DNA of 64,000 nucleotides from Acutalibacteraceae bacterium (GTDB taxonomy: Bacteria > Bacillota > Clostridia > Oscillospirales > Acutalibacteraceae). The translations under genes were made by a program, and so were the position numbers. Each line of letters starts with the position of its first letter. Positions within the stretch are counted from its first letter, which is position 1. The notes under the pieces were generated by a model. The model worked only from the letters and a program-made list of their open reading frames with translations. It searched no databases and was not told the DNA's origin. Shown here piece after piece: positions 29,562 through 39,061 of this stretch. The stretch spans positions 1,750 through 65,749 of the forward strand of contig JAZNXU010000002.1 of NCBI GenBank assembly GCA_045594065.1, given 5' to 3'.

Positions 29562-29655
29562 CCCTATAATACATATTAATTCAATTTATAATAACATATT
29601 TTAAAAGAATGTGCAACACAAAAGGAGAACTAAAATAAAAAATTTGCAAAAGGTA

Positions 29656-29818
29656 TTGACAAACTGGTATGTTGGTGGTAAAATAACCCTACAACAAAGC
29701 AGAACAATTATGTCGTTCTCACCCCGAGGTCATGTCCTACAGGGTCAATAAGTTAAAAGAGTAACGCTCTTATTATGCTTATTTGCACGGATGACATTGT
29801 TGTTATCCGTGCTTTTTT
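29656..29818 (+). promoter_or_regulatory. promoter plus ribosomal protein L20 leader (attenuator) of the infC-rpmI-rplT operon
   Basis: TTGACA-17nt-TAAAAT at 29656-29684. A structured leader ends in terminator gcacggat...atccgtgc plus TTTTTT at 29785-29818. The position matches the Firmicute L20 leader. Confidence 0.7.
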
Positions 29819-29847
29819 GAATTATTTTCTGTCGGAGGTGCTTTAAC

Positions 29848-30366
29848 ATTAGCAGCAAAGAAATTTTAATCAATGAAAGTATTAAGTTCAAAGAGGTTCG
29901 CGTAATCGATACCGATGGCTCACAGCTCGGCATTATGCCAATTAAAGAGGCTCTGTCAGCCGCCGCAAAAAAGGACCTTGACCTTGTTAATCTGTCCCCG
30001 AATGCCAATCCGCCTGTTTGCAAGATAATGGATTTCGGTAAATACCGTTTCGAGCAGGCTAAACGCGAAAAGGAAGCCAGAAAGAATCAAAAGGTTGTGG
30101 AAATTAAAGAAATCCGCTTAGGACTTAGCATTGATAAACACGATTTCGAAACCAAGGGTAATCACGCTATCAAGTTTTTAAAGGATGGCGACAAGGTAAA
30201 GGTTTCAATCCGCTTCCGTGGCCGCGAATTCGGTCATCCGGAAATTGGTTTGGAGATTATGCAACGCTTTGCCGAATATTGCTCAGAGGTTGCAAACGTG
30301 GAAAAGCCTGCTAAAATGGAAGGCAGAAATATGCTTATGTTTTTAGCTCCGAAGCCCGTTAAGTAA
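29848..30366 (+). CDS. infC: translation initiation factor IF-3, ATT start codon
   Basis: In-frame ATT at 29848, 6 nt after GGAGGTG, gives ISSKEILINESIKFKEVRVIDTDGSQLGIM, the conserved IF-3 N-terminus. The track ORF at 29935 lacks that N-terminal domain. Confidence 0.85.
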   Translation: MSSKEILINESIKFKEVRVIDTDGSQLGIMPIKEALSAAAKKDLDLVNLSPNANPPVCKIMDFGKYRFEQAKREKEARKNQKVVEIKEIRLGLSIDKHDFETKGNHAIKFLKDGDKVKVSIRFRGREFGHPEIGLEIMQRFAEYCSEVANVEKPAKMEGRNMLMFLAPKPVK

Positions 30367-30394
30367 TTCGTAAAATTTAAAGGAGGATTTATAA

Positions 30395-30592
30395 ATGCCT
30401 AAGATTAAGACACACAGCGGTGCAAAAAAGCGCTTTAAGCTGACCAAAACCGGTCTTGTTAAGCGTGGACACGCATACAAATCACACATTTTAAATAAGA
30501 AGACAACCAAGCGTAAGAGAAATCTCCGCAAGGTAGTAGTAGCCGATGTAACTAACGTTGCAAAGGTTAAGAAAATGATTCCTTACAAGTAA
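30395..30592 (+). CDS. rpmI: 50S ribosomal protein L35
   Basis: [15 protein letters not shown]... 65 aa. Confidence 0.95.
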   Translation: MPKIKTHSGAKKRFKLTKTGLVKRGHAYKSHILNKKTTKRKRNLRKVVVADVTNVAKVKKMIPYK

Positions 30593-30619
30593 AAAGAAGG
30601 AAAGAGAGGTTAGTTACAA

Positions 30620-30979
30620 ATGGCACGAGTAAAAGGTGCGTTAGCAACACGCAAAAGAAGAAATAAAACTTTAAAGCTCGCTAAGGGCTATTTCGGAGCA
30701 AAATCAAAGCTCTTTAAAACAGCAAAAGAGGCTGTAATGAAATCAGGCAACTATGCTTATATTGGCAGAAGACTTAAAAAGCGTGATTTCCGTCGCCTCT
30801 GGATTACCAGAATTTCAGCTGCAGCTAAAATTAACGGTATGAACTATTCTACCTTTATGAACGGTCTTAAAAAGGCAGGAGTTCAGATTAACCGTAAAAT
30901 GTTGGCAGACCTCGCTGTAAACGATGCTGCCGGCTTTGCCACCCTTGCGAAAAATGCAAAGAAAGCATTAGACAAATAA
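30620..30979 (+). CDS. rplT: 50S ribosomal protein L20
   Basis: [16 protein letters not shown]... 119 aa. Confidence 0.95.
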   Translation: MARVKGALATRKRRNKTLKLAKGYFGAKSKLFKTAKEAVMKSGNYAYIGRRLKKRDFRRLWITRISAAAKINGMNYSTFMNGLKKAGVQINRKMLADLAVNDAAGFATLAKNAKKALDK

Positions 30980-31034
30980 TTATCACGCCCGAGATTACTC
31001 TCGGGCGACTTTCTTTTAAAGGAATAGGAAAATT

Positions 31035-31805
31035 ATGAATTTTAAAGCTATTACCAGCCGCGAAAATCCACTTATTAAGGCGATTTTCAAGCTTAAAACA
31101 AGCAGTAAGGAAAGAAAAACTCAAGGTAAATTTATAGTTGAGGGACTTCGTGTTTGCAGCGATTGCAGAGATAACGGGGTTAAATTCAGCACACTTATTT
31201 TAACCGAAAATTTCCTAGAAAAGAACGCTCAAGCAGCGCATCTTTTTGCCGAAAACTCAGAAGAAACGGCGGTTGTGCCCGAGTTTGTTTTCGAAAAGAT
31301 TGCCGACACCGATACCCCTCAGGGTGTTTTGGCGGTAGTGAAAATGCCCGAAAGAAAAGCTGAAATCGAGAAAACGGGCAGATACATAGCTTTAGAAAAT
31401 CTTTCCGACCCTACTAATTTAGGTGCAATTTCCCGTACTGCAGAGGCTTTAGGTATTAGCGGCATCATAATTTCCAACAATTCTTGCGACCCATATTCAC
31501 CTAAGGTTATTCGCGCTTCTATGGGCACAATTTTGCGTTTGCCGCTTATTATTACCAATGATTTTTTGGGTAAATTGAAGAAAAGCGGGCTAACGCTTTA
31601 TGCCTGTGTAGTAAATGGTGGTAAAAGAATTACCGATGTTACTTTTTCAGACGGTACAGCAGTGCTTATCGGCAACGAGGCAAACGGGCTCACACCCGAT
31701 ACTGCCGCAGCGTGTGAAAAGATAACAATTCCGATGTCCGGCAGGGCCGAGTCGCTTAATGCATCGGTTGCCGCCGCAATTGCTATGTGGGAGTTAAAAC
31801 GATGA
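31035..31805 (+). CDS. TrmH/SpoU-family RNA 2'-O-methyltransferase
   Basis: SpoU_methylase motifs (LENLSDPTNLGAISRTA, LIGNEANGL, SLNASVAAAI). Confidence 0.85.
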   Translation: MNFKAITSRENPLIKAIFKLKTSSKERKTQGKFIVEGLRVCSDCRDNGVKFSTLILTENFLEKNAQAAHLFAENSEETAVVPEFVFEKIADTDTPQGVLAVVKMPERKAEIEKTGRYIALENLSDPTNLGAISRTAEALGISGIIISNNSCDPYSPKVIRASMGTILRLPLIITNDFLGKLKKSGLTLYACVVNGGKRITDVTFSDGTAVLIGNEANGLTPDTAAACEKITIPMSGRAESLNASVAAAIAMWELKR

Positions 31806-32974
31806 ATTTGCACTATTGGGTATGGTTGCAGCAGGCACTCGGTTACGGCAGTAAATATACGAGTCGGCTGCTAGAGCATTTTGGCTCTGCCGAAGAGATA
31901 TTCAAGGCAAAGCAAAGCGATATAGCCGCTCTAGGTATTAAGAATAAAAAGATAATTGAAAATCTAAATACCAAAAGGCTTAATAAAGCCACCGAAATAA
32001 TAAAAGATTGCAAGAAAAACGGGATTTTAATAATACAGTATAATTCAGAGTCTTATCCCGATGCTTTAAGAGAGATTCCGGCACCTCCCATAGTACTATA
32101 TGCTAAAGGGGATATTTCTCTTTTAAAGGAAGAAACCACTGTTTGCATTGTAGGTCCGAGAAAGGTTTCGGTATACGGCAAGAAAGCGGCATTTTCGCTT
32201 TCAGCCCGCCTTGCTCTTTGCGGCTTTACGGTTGTAAGTGGTGGGGCTCTCGGCTGTGATACTGCCGCACATAAGGGTGCGCTTTTAGTTGATGGAAAAA
32301 CAGTGTGCTTTCTGGGCTCGGGTATAGCATCAGATTATCTGCCGATAAACAAACCGCTTCGGGATAAAATAGCCGAGAAAGGATTACTTGTAAGCGAATA
32401 CCCGCCATATTACGCGGCTTCAAAATATACTTTTCCGGTTAGAAACCGCCTAATGGCTGGATTTACTCTCGGCACTGTTATAGTTGAAGCGGGAGAGAAG
32501 AGCGGCGCATTAATTACCGCTAACGCCGCGGTAGAGCAAAGCCGTGATGTTTTTGTTATCCCCGGAAACCCAACCGACCCGAATTATAAGGGGTCAAATA
32601 AATTATTGCGCGACGGGGCCAAGCCGCTTTTAGAGCTAGGAGATATTATTACTGAATATCTACCGCTTTACCCGCATAAAATTAATCCCGAAAAGGCTTA
32701 TTCGAAAGCACTCTCTATGAATTCAGAGCAAAAAAGTGTAAAAGCCACAGAAAAAGAGAAAAACACTAAAAAAACCAAAAAAATTATAAAAGAAAATCTT
32801 TCAAATAATGCAAAAATAGTGTATAATCAATTAGATAAGCAAATTTTCTATTTAGATGAGCTTGACCGTTCGGTTTTATCAGATTCCCAAATTCTGGCAG
32901 CCATTACCGAACTTGAAATTTTCGGATATATAAAAGCACTCCCCGGCGGCAAGTACGGTCTTGAAAATGAGTAA
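31802..32974 (+). CDS. dprA: DNA-processing protein DprA
   Basis: Rossmann-like DprA core (VVSGGALGCDTAAHKGAL, GALITANAAVEQSRDVFVIPG). ATGA overlap with the preceding gene. Confidence 0.9.
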   Translation: MNLHYWVWLQQALGYGSKYTSRLLEHFGSAEEIFKAKQSDIAALGIKNKKIIENLNTKRLNKATEIIKDCKKNGILIIQYNSESYPDALREIPAPPIVLYAKGDISLLKEETTVCIVGPRKVSVYGKKAAFSLSARLALCGFTVVSGGALGCDTAAHKGALLVDGKTVCFLGSGIASDYLPINKPLRDKIAEKGLLVSEYPPYYAASKYTFPVRNRLMAGFTLGTVIVEAGEKSGALITANAAVEQSRDVFVIPGNPTDPNYKGSNKLLRDGAKPLLELGDIITEYLPLYPHKINPEKAYSKALSMNSEQKSVKATEKEKNTKKTKKIIKENLSNNAKIVYNQLDKQIFYLDELDRSVLSDSQILAAITELEIFGYIKALPGGKYGLENE

Positions 32975-32997
32975 TTTGAATTTTAAGGAGATATAAA

Positions 32998-35091
32998 ATG
33001 TCAAAGCTTATAATTGTTGAGTCACCCTCAAAAATTAAAAGTATTAAGAAAATCCTCGGCGCTGATTACGAGGTTATGGCTTCTGTCGGTCATATACGCG
33101 ACCTGCCTAAATCTAAACTCGGCGTTGATGTTGATAATGATTTTGAACTCAAATACGAAACTATTGCGGGCAAAAAGGATACTATCAAAAAGCTCAGAGA
33201 GGCAGCCGCTCAGGCAGACTTTGTCTACCTTGCAACCGACCCCGACCGCGAGGGTGAGGCAATCTCTTGGCATTTAGCAACACTTTTGGCACTTGATATG
33301 AATGCTGAAAACCGTGTTGGTTTTAACGAAATTACCAAAACGGGTGTTGAAAACGGTATGGCAAATCCAAGACGACTTGATTTGGATTTAGTTGATGCTC
33401 AGCAGGCTCGCCGTGCGCTTGACCGCGTTGTGGGTTATAAATTAAGCCCGTTCTTATGGAAAAAGGTTAAGCGCGGATTGTCTGCAGGCCGTGTACAGAG
33501 CGTGGCTTTAAAGCTTATTGTAGACAGGGAAAAGAAAATAGAGGCATTCGTTCCTGAGGAATATTGGACCCTTGATGCAAAGCTGCTTTCGGGTAAAAAA
33601 TCTTTCATTGCAAAGTTCTACGGTGATGATAACGGCAATAAAATTGAAATTCCAAACGAGGAAACCGCCAATAAAATCAAGAGCGATTTAGAGGGTGCTA
33701 AGTACACCGTTCAAAAGATAAAAAAGGGTACACGCAACCGTCAGCCCGCACCTCCGTTTATTACCTCCAGCCTTATGCAGGAGGCTTCACGCAAGCTTAA
33801 TTATACAGGTCAGAAAACTATGCGTATTGCGCAACAGCTTTACGAGGGCGTTGATATTGAAGGAAAGGGCACTATAGGTCTTATTACCTATATGCGTACC
33901 GATTCCTTGCGTATTTCGGGTGAGGCAAGAGCCGCTGCGAAAAATTATATTGCCTCGGCTTTCGGTGATAAATATTTGCCGAAAACCGACCGTTTCTATA
34001 AAACCGACGCATCTGCTCAGGATGCTCACGAGGCTATTCGTCCTACAGATGTGTTCTTAACACCTGACAGTATTAAGGGCAGCCTTACTGCCGAGCAGTA
34101 CAAGGTTTATCGCCTTATCTGGTGCCGCTTTGTGGCATCTTTAATGGCTAATTGTGTTCACGATACTGTTGCAGCCGATATAACCGCGGGCGGTTATATG
34201 TTTAAAGCATCGGGTTATTCGGTTAAATTCGATGGCTTCACCGCTTTATATGAAGAGGGTAGAGATGAAGAAAGCACCGATAACTGTGTAATTCCTAAAG
34301 ATATGCAGGAAAATGATGTTTTGGGTCTTAAAGAACTTATTTCCGAACAGCATTTCACCAATCCTCCCGCGCGCTATACCGAGCCTACACTTATTCAGGT
34401 GCTTAAAGAAAACGGTATTGGCAGACCGTCAACCTATGCTACCATTATGGGTAACATTATGCAACGCGAGTATATCGAGCGTGAGAAGAAGTCGCTGAAA
34501 CCTACTGCACTCGGCGTAGTTGTTTCCGATTTAATGGCTAAACACTTTAAAAATATTGTTGATGTGAAATTCACCGCTAATGTTGAAACCGACCTTGACC
34601 ATATCGCATCCGGTGAGCTTAATTGGGTAGCGGCAATGAAAAACTTTTACAAGGATTTTGAGGTTGAACTTAAAAAAGCCGAAACCGAGCTTAACGGTCA
34701 GCGCGTAAAGGTGCCGGTGGTTGAGAGTGATGTTGTTTGCGATAAATGTGGCAGAACAATGGTTGTAAAATCAAGCCGCTTCGGTAAATTCTTAGCCTGT
34801 CCAGGATATCCTGAATGTAAAAACACCAAGCCAATGCCTGAAGATGAAATTAAAGAGCCCTGTCCAAAATGCGGCGGAAAGCTTGTAAAACGCGTTTCAA
34901 AGAAAACGGGTAAATCTTTCTACGGCTGTACAGCGTATCCAAAGTGCGATTTTGCAGCCCCTGGACTTCCCACAGGCAAAACCTGTGAAATTTGCGGTGG
35001 CTATATGATAAAGGGCAGAGGCAAGACCTCATACTGCATTAATTCCGAGTGTGAAAGCCGTAAGGTTAAATCTGCTAAGAAGGATAAATAA
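32998..35091 (+). CDS. topA: DNA topoisomerase I
   Basis: TOPRIM (LIIVESPSK), active-site region YMRTDS, and C-terminal CxxC zinc ribbons. Confidence 0.95.
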   Translation: MSKLIIVESPSKIKSIKKILGADYEVMASVGHIRDLPKSKLGVDVDNDFELKYETIAGKKDTIKKLREAAAQADFVYLATDPDREGEAISWHLATLLALDMNAENRVGFNEITKTGVENGMANPRRLDLDLVDAQQARRALDRVVGYKLSPFLWKKVKRGLSAGRVQSVALKLIVDREKKIEAFVPEEYWTLDAKLLSGKKSFIAKFYGDDNGNKIEIPNEETANKIKSDLEGAKYTVQKIKKGTRNRQPAPPFITSSLMQEASRKLNYTGQKTMRIAQQLYEGVDIEGKGTIGLITYMRTDSLRISGEARAAAKNYIASAFGDKYLPKTDRFYKTDASAQDAHEAIRPTDVFLTPDSIKGSLTAEQYKVYRLIWCRFVASLMANCVHDTVAADITAGGYMFKASGYSVKFDGFTALYEEGRDEESTDNCVIPKDMQENDVLGLKELISEQHFTNPPARYTEPTLIQVLKENGIGRPSTYATIMGNIMQREYIEREKKSLKPTALGVVVSDLMAKHFKNIVDVKFTANVETDLDHIASGELNWVAAMKNFYKDFEVELKKAETELNGQRVKVPVVESDVVCDKCGRTMVVKSSRFGKFLACPGYPECKNTKPMPEDEIKEPCPKCGGKLVKRVSKKTGKSFYGCTAYPKCDFAAPGLPTGKTCEICGGYMIKGRGKTSYCINSECESRKVKSAKKDK

Positions 35092-35094
35092 TAA

Positions 35095-36396
35095 ATGGAA
35101 AAACGAATTACCGTTATTGGCGCAGGTTTAGCCGGCGTTGAGGCGGCAAATCAGATTGCAAAAAGGGGTATAAAGGTCGATTTATTCGAAATGAAGCCTT
35201 TGAAAAAATCCCCTGCGCATAAAACAGATAATTTTGCAGAGCTTGTTTGCTCAAACTCTTTAAAAGCCGCGCGTGTGGATTCCGCCGCAGGACTTTTAAA
35301 GGAGGAAATGCGCCGTTTCGGCTCAGTGTGCTTGAATGCTGCCGATAAATCGGCTGTAGCGGCAGGTGGAGCTTTGGCGGTTGATAGGGATATTTTTTCT
35401 TCCCTTATAACCGAAGAGATTAAGAATAATCCCAACATTACCGTACACAACGAGATTGTTGAAAAAATACCCGAGGGTATAACTGTTGTAGCTTCCGGTC
35501 CTCTTACCGACAGTGCTTTAGCCGAGAATATAAAAAGCGTTACGGGCAGCGAGCATTTAAGATTTTACGATGCCGCCGCACCCATTGTTACGGCAGAAAG
35601 CATTGATTTTACCAAAGCCTTTTTCGCCGCACGCTACGGCAAAGGTGACGACGATTATATCAACTGCCCGATGAATAAAGAGGAGTATGAGGCTTTTCAC
35701 GCGGCTTTAATTACGGCTGAGTCTGCCATTACTCACGAGTTTGATGTGTATGAGGGCTGTATGCCGGTTGAGGTGCTGGCAAAGCGTGGTGTAGATTCAA
35801 TTCGTTTCGGTCCGTTAAAGCCCGTAGGGCTTCGCGACCCACGCACAGGTCATAGACCTTGGGCGGTAGTGCAGTTAAGAAAAGAAAACTCGGCGGGCAC
35901 TATGTACAACCTTGTCGGTTTTCAGACAAATCTTAAATTCGGCGAGCAAAAAAGGGTGTTTTCATTAATACCCGGACTTGAGAATGCCGAGTTTGTGCGC
36001 TTTGGTGTTATGCACCGCAACACCTTTATAAATTCACCAAAACTTTTAAATAGAAATTTATCGTTAAAGCAAAACGGTAATATCTTTTTTGCAGGGCAGC
36101 TGTCGGGTGTTGAGGGTTATATGGAATCTGCGGCTTCGGGTATAATTGCGGGAATTAACGCCGCAAATCATTTGCTTTCTTTAGAGCCTATAGTTTTACC
36201 CGAATACACAATGATTGGAGCACTGCTAAAATATATTTGTGACGAATCGGTAACAGATTTTCAGCCGATGGGGGCAAATTTTGGTGTTATACCGCCGCTT
36301 CCCGATAAAATTAGGGACAAGCGTGAGCGCTACGGCGCGCTTTCTTCACGCTCGCTCAAATGGTTTGAAACTATGAATATGGGGGTAATGAAATGA
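35095..36396 (+). CDS. trmFO: methylenetetrahydrofolate--tRNA-(uracil54-C5)-methyltransferase TrmFO
   Basis: [15 protein letters not shown] motif, [17 protein letters not shown]. Confidence 0.9.
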   Translation: MEKRITVIGAGLAGVEAANQIAKRGIKVDLFEMKPLKKSPAHKTDNFAELVCSNSLKAARVDSAAGLLKEEMRRFGSVCLNAADKSAVAAGGALAVDRDIFSSLITEEIKNNPNITVHNEIVEKIPEGITVVASGPLTDSALAENIKSVTGSEHLRFYDAAAPIVTAESIDFTKAFFAARYGKGDDDYINCPMNKEEYEAFHAALITAESAITHEFDVYEGCMPVEVLAKRGVDSIRFGPLKPVGLRDPRTGHRPWAVVQLRKENSAGTMYNLVGFQTNLKFGEQKRVFSLIPGLENAEFVRFGVMHRNTFINSPKLLNRNLSLKQNGNIFFAGQLSGVEGYMESAASGIIAGINAANHLLSLEPIVLPEYTMIGALLKYICDESVTDFQPMGANFGVIPPLPDKIRDKRERYGALSSRSLKWFETMNMGVMK

Positions 36397-37388
36397 AAAT
36401 AGTAGTTGACGCTTTTGGCGGAGATAATGCGCCGCTTGAAATAGTTAAGGGCGCCGCTTTAGCGCAGGCTGAATACGGCGTGGATATAATTCTTACAGGC
36501 GACGAGGAAGCTATTAATAAATGCATTAACAATAACGGAATAACCTTTAAAAATTTAGAGGTTGTACATACTACCGATGTTATCTCTATGCATGATGATC
36601 CAACCTCACTTTTAAAAGCTCATAAGGATTCTTCAATGGCAGTTGCCTTTAAGCTGTTGGCAGAGGGCAGAGCCGATGCATTTGTGTCGGCAGGCAGTAC
36701 GGGCGCTGTTGTTGTTGGCGGTACGCTTATTGTCAAACGAATTAAGGGAGTTAAGCGCCCAGCGCTCGGCAGTATGATTCCGTCACCAGATTCTTCCTAT
36801 TTTCTTATGGATATGGGCGCTAATGCCGAGTGCCGACCCGAAACGCTCTGTCAGTTTGGTATAATGGCGTCAGCCTATTTAGAGGGCGTTGAGGGAAGAG
36901 AAAATCCTACAATAGGTCTTCTTAATATCGGCACTGAGGATTCTAAGGGCGGCGAGCTTCAAAAAGAGGCTTATAAGCTGCTTAGCGACGCTCCGATTAA
37001 TTTTGTTGGAAATGTAGAGTCCCGCGAAATGCCTAAAGGAGTTTGCGACGGCGTTGTTACCGACGGATTTACGGGAAACATCGCCTTAAAGCTTATTGAG
37101 GGTACAGCCTCTACAATGTTTAAAATGATTAAGGGTGTTTTATACAAAAACATTATAAATAAAATTTGCGCCCTTATTTTAAAGAAAGACCTTTATTCTA
37201 TAAAAGGTAAAATGGATGCCTCCGAGGTTGGTGGCGCACCGCTTTTAGGTGTTGCTAAACCTGTTATTAAGGCGCACGGCTCGTCGGACGCAAGAGTAAT
37301 AAAAAATGCTATCCGTCAGGCAATTAAATTCACCGAAAATGATGTAATCGGTAAAATAACAAATTCATTAAGCAGGATAAAGGAATAA
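36393..37388 (+). CDS. plsX: phosphate acyltransferase PlsX
   Basis: [11 protein letters not shown]-terminus, 331 aa. ATGA overlap with trmFO. Confidence 0.9.
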   Translation: MKIVVDAFGGDNAPLEIVKGAALAQAEYGVDIILTGDEEAINKCINNNGITFKNLEVVHTTDVISMHDDPTSLLKAHKDSSMAVAFKLLAEGRADAFVSAGSTGAVVVGGTLIVKRIKGVKRPALGSMIPSPDSSYFLMDMGANAECRPETLCQFGIMASAYLEGVEGRENPTIGLLNIGTEDSKGGELQKEAYKLLSDAPINFVGNVESREMPKGVCDGVVTDGFTGNIALKLIEGTASTMFKMIKGVLYKNIINKICALILKKDLYSIKGKMDASEVGGAPLLGVAKPVIKAHGSSDARVIKNAIRQAIKFTENDVIGKITNSLSRIKE

Positions 37389-37390
37389 AA

Positions 37391-38068
37391 ATGAAAGATT
37401 TGCAGAAAAGATTAGGCTATAAATTTAATAATGAAGCCCTACTCGAAAATGCGCTTACTCATTCTTCATATGCTAACGAAACCCACCCCGCATACGGCTC
37501 TAACGAGCGCCTTGAGTTTTTGGGCGACGCTGTGCTATCGGTTATTGTTGCGGATTATATTTACAAAAACTTTAAAATGCCAGAGGGTGAGCTTACAAAG
37601 CTTAGGGCATCGCTAGTGTGCGAAAAATCTCTTTGCAGATTTTCTCGCGAGCTAGGTGTCGGCAGCTGTTTAAAACTCGGCAAAGGGGAGGCGGCTAACG
37701 GAGGAGCAGAGCGCCCGTCACTTCTTGCAGATGCATTTGAGGCTATTCTTGCCGCAATTTATCTTGACAGCGGTATGGAGTGTGCAAGACAGCTTGTTAT
37801 GCGCTTTGTACTAAAGGAACTCGACCATACTGATGATGAGGTATTTAAAGATTATAAGACACAACTTCAAGAAGTGATTCAGCGCAATCCCGAGGAGCGG
37901 CTCAGTTATGTTCTTATTGGTGAGAGCGGCCCCGACCACGATAAGCGCTTTACCGTTGAAGTACATCTTAATTCCAATGTTTTGGGAACAGGTGAGGGTA
38001 AGAGCAAGAAACTTGCTGAGCAGTCGGCTGCCAAACAAGCGCTTGAGCTTATGGGCATTATTGTATGA
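37391..38068 (+). CDS. rnc: ribonuclease III
   Basis: NERLEFLGDAVL signature and a C-terminal dsRBD. Confidence 0.95.
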   Translation: MKDLQKRLGYKFNNEALLENALTHSSYANETHPAYGSNERLEFLGDAVLSVIVADYIYKNFKMPEGELTKLRASLVCEKSLCRFSRELGVGSCLKLGKGEAANGGAERPSLLADAFEAILAAIYLDSGMECARQLVMRFVLKELDHTDDEVFKDYKTQLQEVIQRNPEERLSYVLIGESGPDHDKRFTVEVHLNSNVLGTGEGKSKKLAEQSAAKQALELMGIIV

Positions 38069-39057
38069 AAAAACATGCTAATATATCAATTTTTGTGCCG
38101 CATTTGGGCTGTCCACAGCAGTGCAGCTTTTGCAATCAGCGCTATATTGCACGCACTGAAAAGCAGCCTGACACTAAGGATATAGATGATGCTGTAAAAA
38201 TAGCGGTATTATCTAAAAATTATAACCCTGAAACCACCGAGCTTGCTTTCTTTGGTGGCAGCTTTACAGCAATAGATAGGGATTATATGCTATCCCTTTT
38301 AGCCGCCGCTTATAAATATAAGAAAAGCGGCGTTATAAGCGGAATTCGTGTGTCTACTCGACCCGATGCCATAAACCCTGAGGTTTTGAACATTTTAAAG
38401 CAGTTCGGCGTAACTTCGATTGAACTCGGGGCACAAAGTATGTGTGACGATGTATTGAAACTAAACCACCGTGGGCACACGGCAGCAGATGTGGAGAATG
38501 CCTCAAAATTAATAAAAGATTACGGCTTTCAGCTTGGTCTTCAAATGATGACGGGACTTTTGGGCGATACCGACAAAAAGGCTACGGAAACTGCAGAGAG
38601 GATAATAAAACTGCGCCCCGATACCGTTCGTATTTATCCCACAATTGTGCTTGAAGATACATATTTAGGCGAGCTTTTTAAAACGGGAAAATACCTTCCC
38701 CAAACCCTTGACAGTGCAGTATTTCTCACCGCAAAATTGCTTACAATGTTCTATGAAAACGATATTTCGGTTATCCGCATAGGGCTTCATACCGTCGATG
38801 AAGCAAAATATCTTTCGGGTCCGTGGCATCCTGCATTTCGCGAGCTGTGCGAGGCTGAAATATATTTGGAAAAGGTAAAAAACGCTTTAACAGTTAAAGG
38901 CGATTATATAATTTATGTAAAAAAAGGCTCACTTTCAAAGATGAATGGGCAAAAGCGAAAAAATATAGAGGTTTTAAAAAATCTCGGCTATAACTGCAGG
39001 GTTGCCGAGGATGAAACCTTGCAAGAATTTCAAATAAAAACAGAAAGGGTAGAATAA
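38065..39057 (+). CDS. radical SAM protein (ELP3-like, no acetyltransferase domain)
   Basis: CPQQCSFC (CxxxCxxC) cluster motif. Conserved position between rnc and smc in Clostridia. Confidence 0.75.
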   Translation: MKKHANISIFVPHLGCPQQCSFCNQRYIARTEKQPDTKDIDDAVKIAVLSKNYNPETTELAFFGGSFTAIDRDYMLSLLAAAYKYKKSGVISGIRVSTRPDAINPEVLNILKQFGVTSIELGAQSMCDDVLKLNHRGHTAADVENASKLIKDYGFQLGLQMMTGLLGDTDKKATETAERIIKLRPDTVRIYPTIVLEDTYLGELFKTGKYLPQTLDSAVFLTAKLLTMFYENDISVIRIGLHTVDEAKYLSGPWHPAFRELCEAEIYLEKVKNALTVKGDYIIYVKKGSLSKMNGQKRKNIEVLKNLGYNCRVAEDETLQEFQIKTERVE

Positions 39058-39061
39058 GTCA

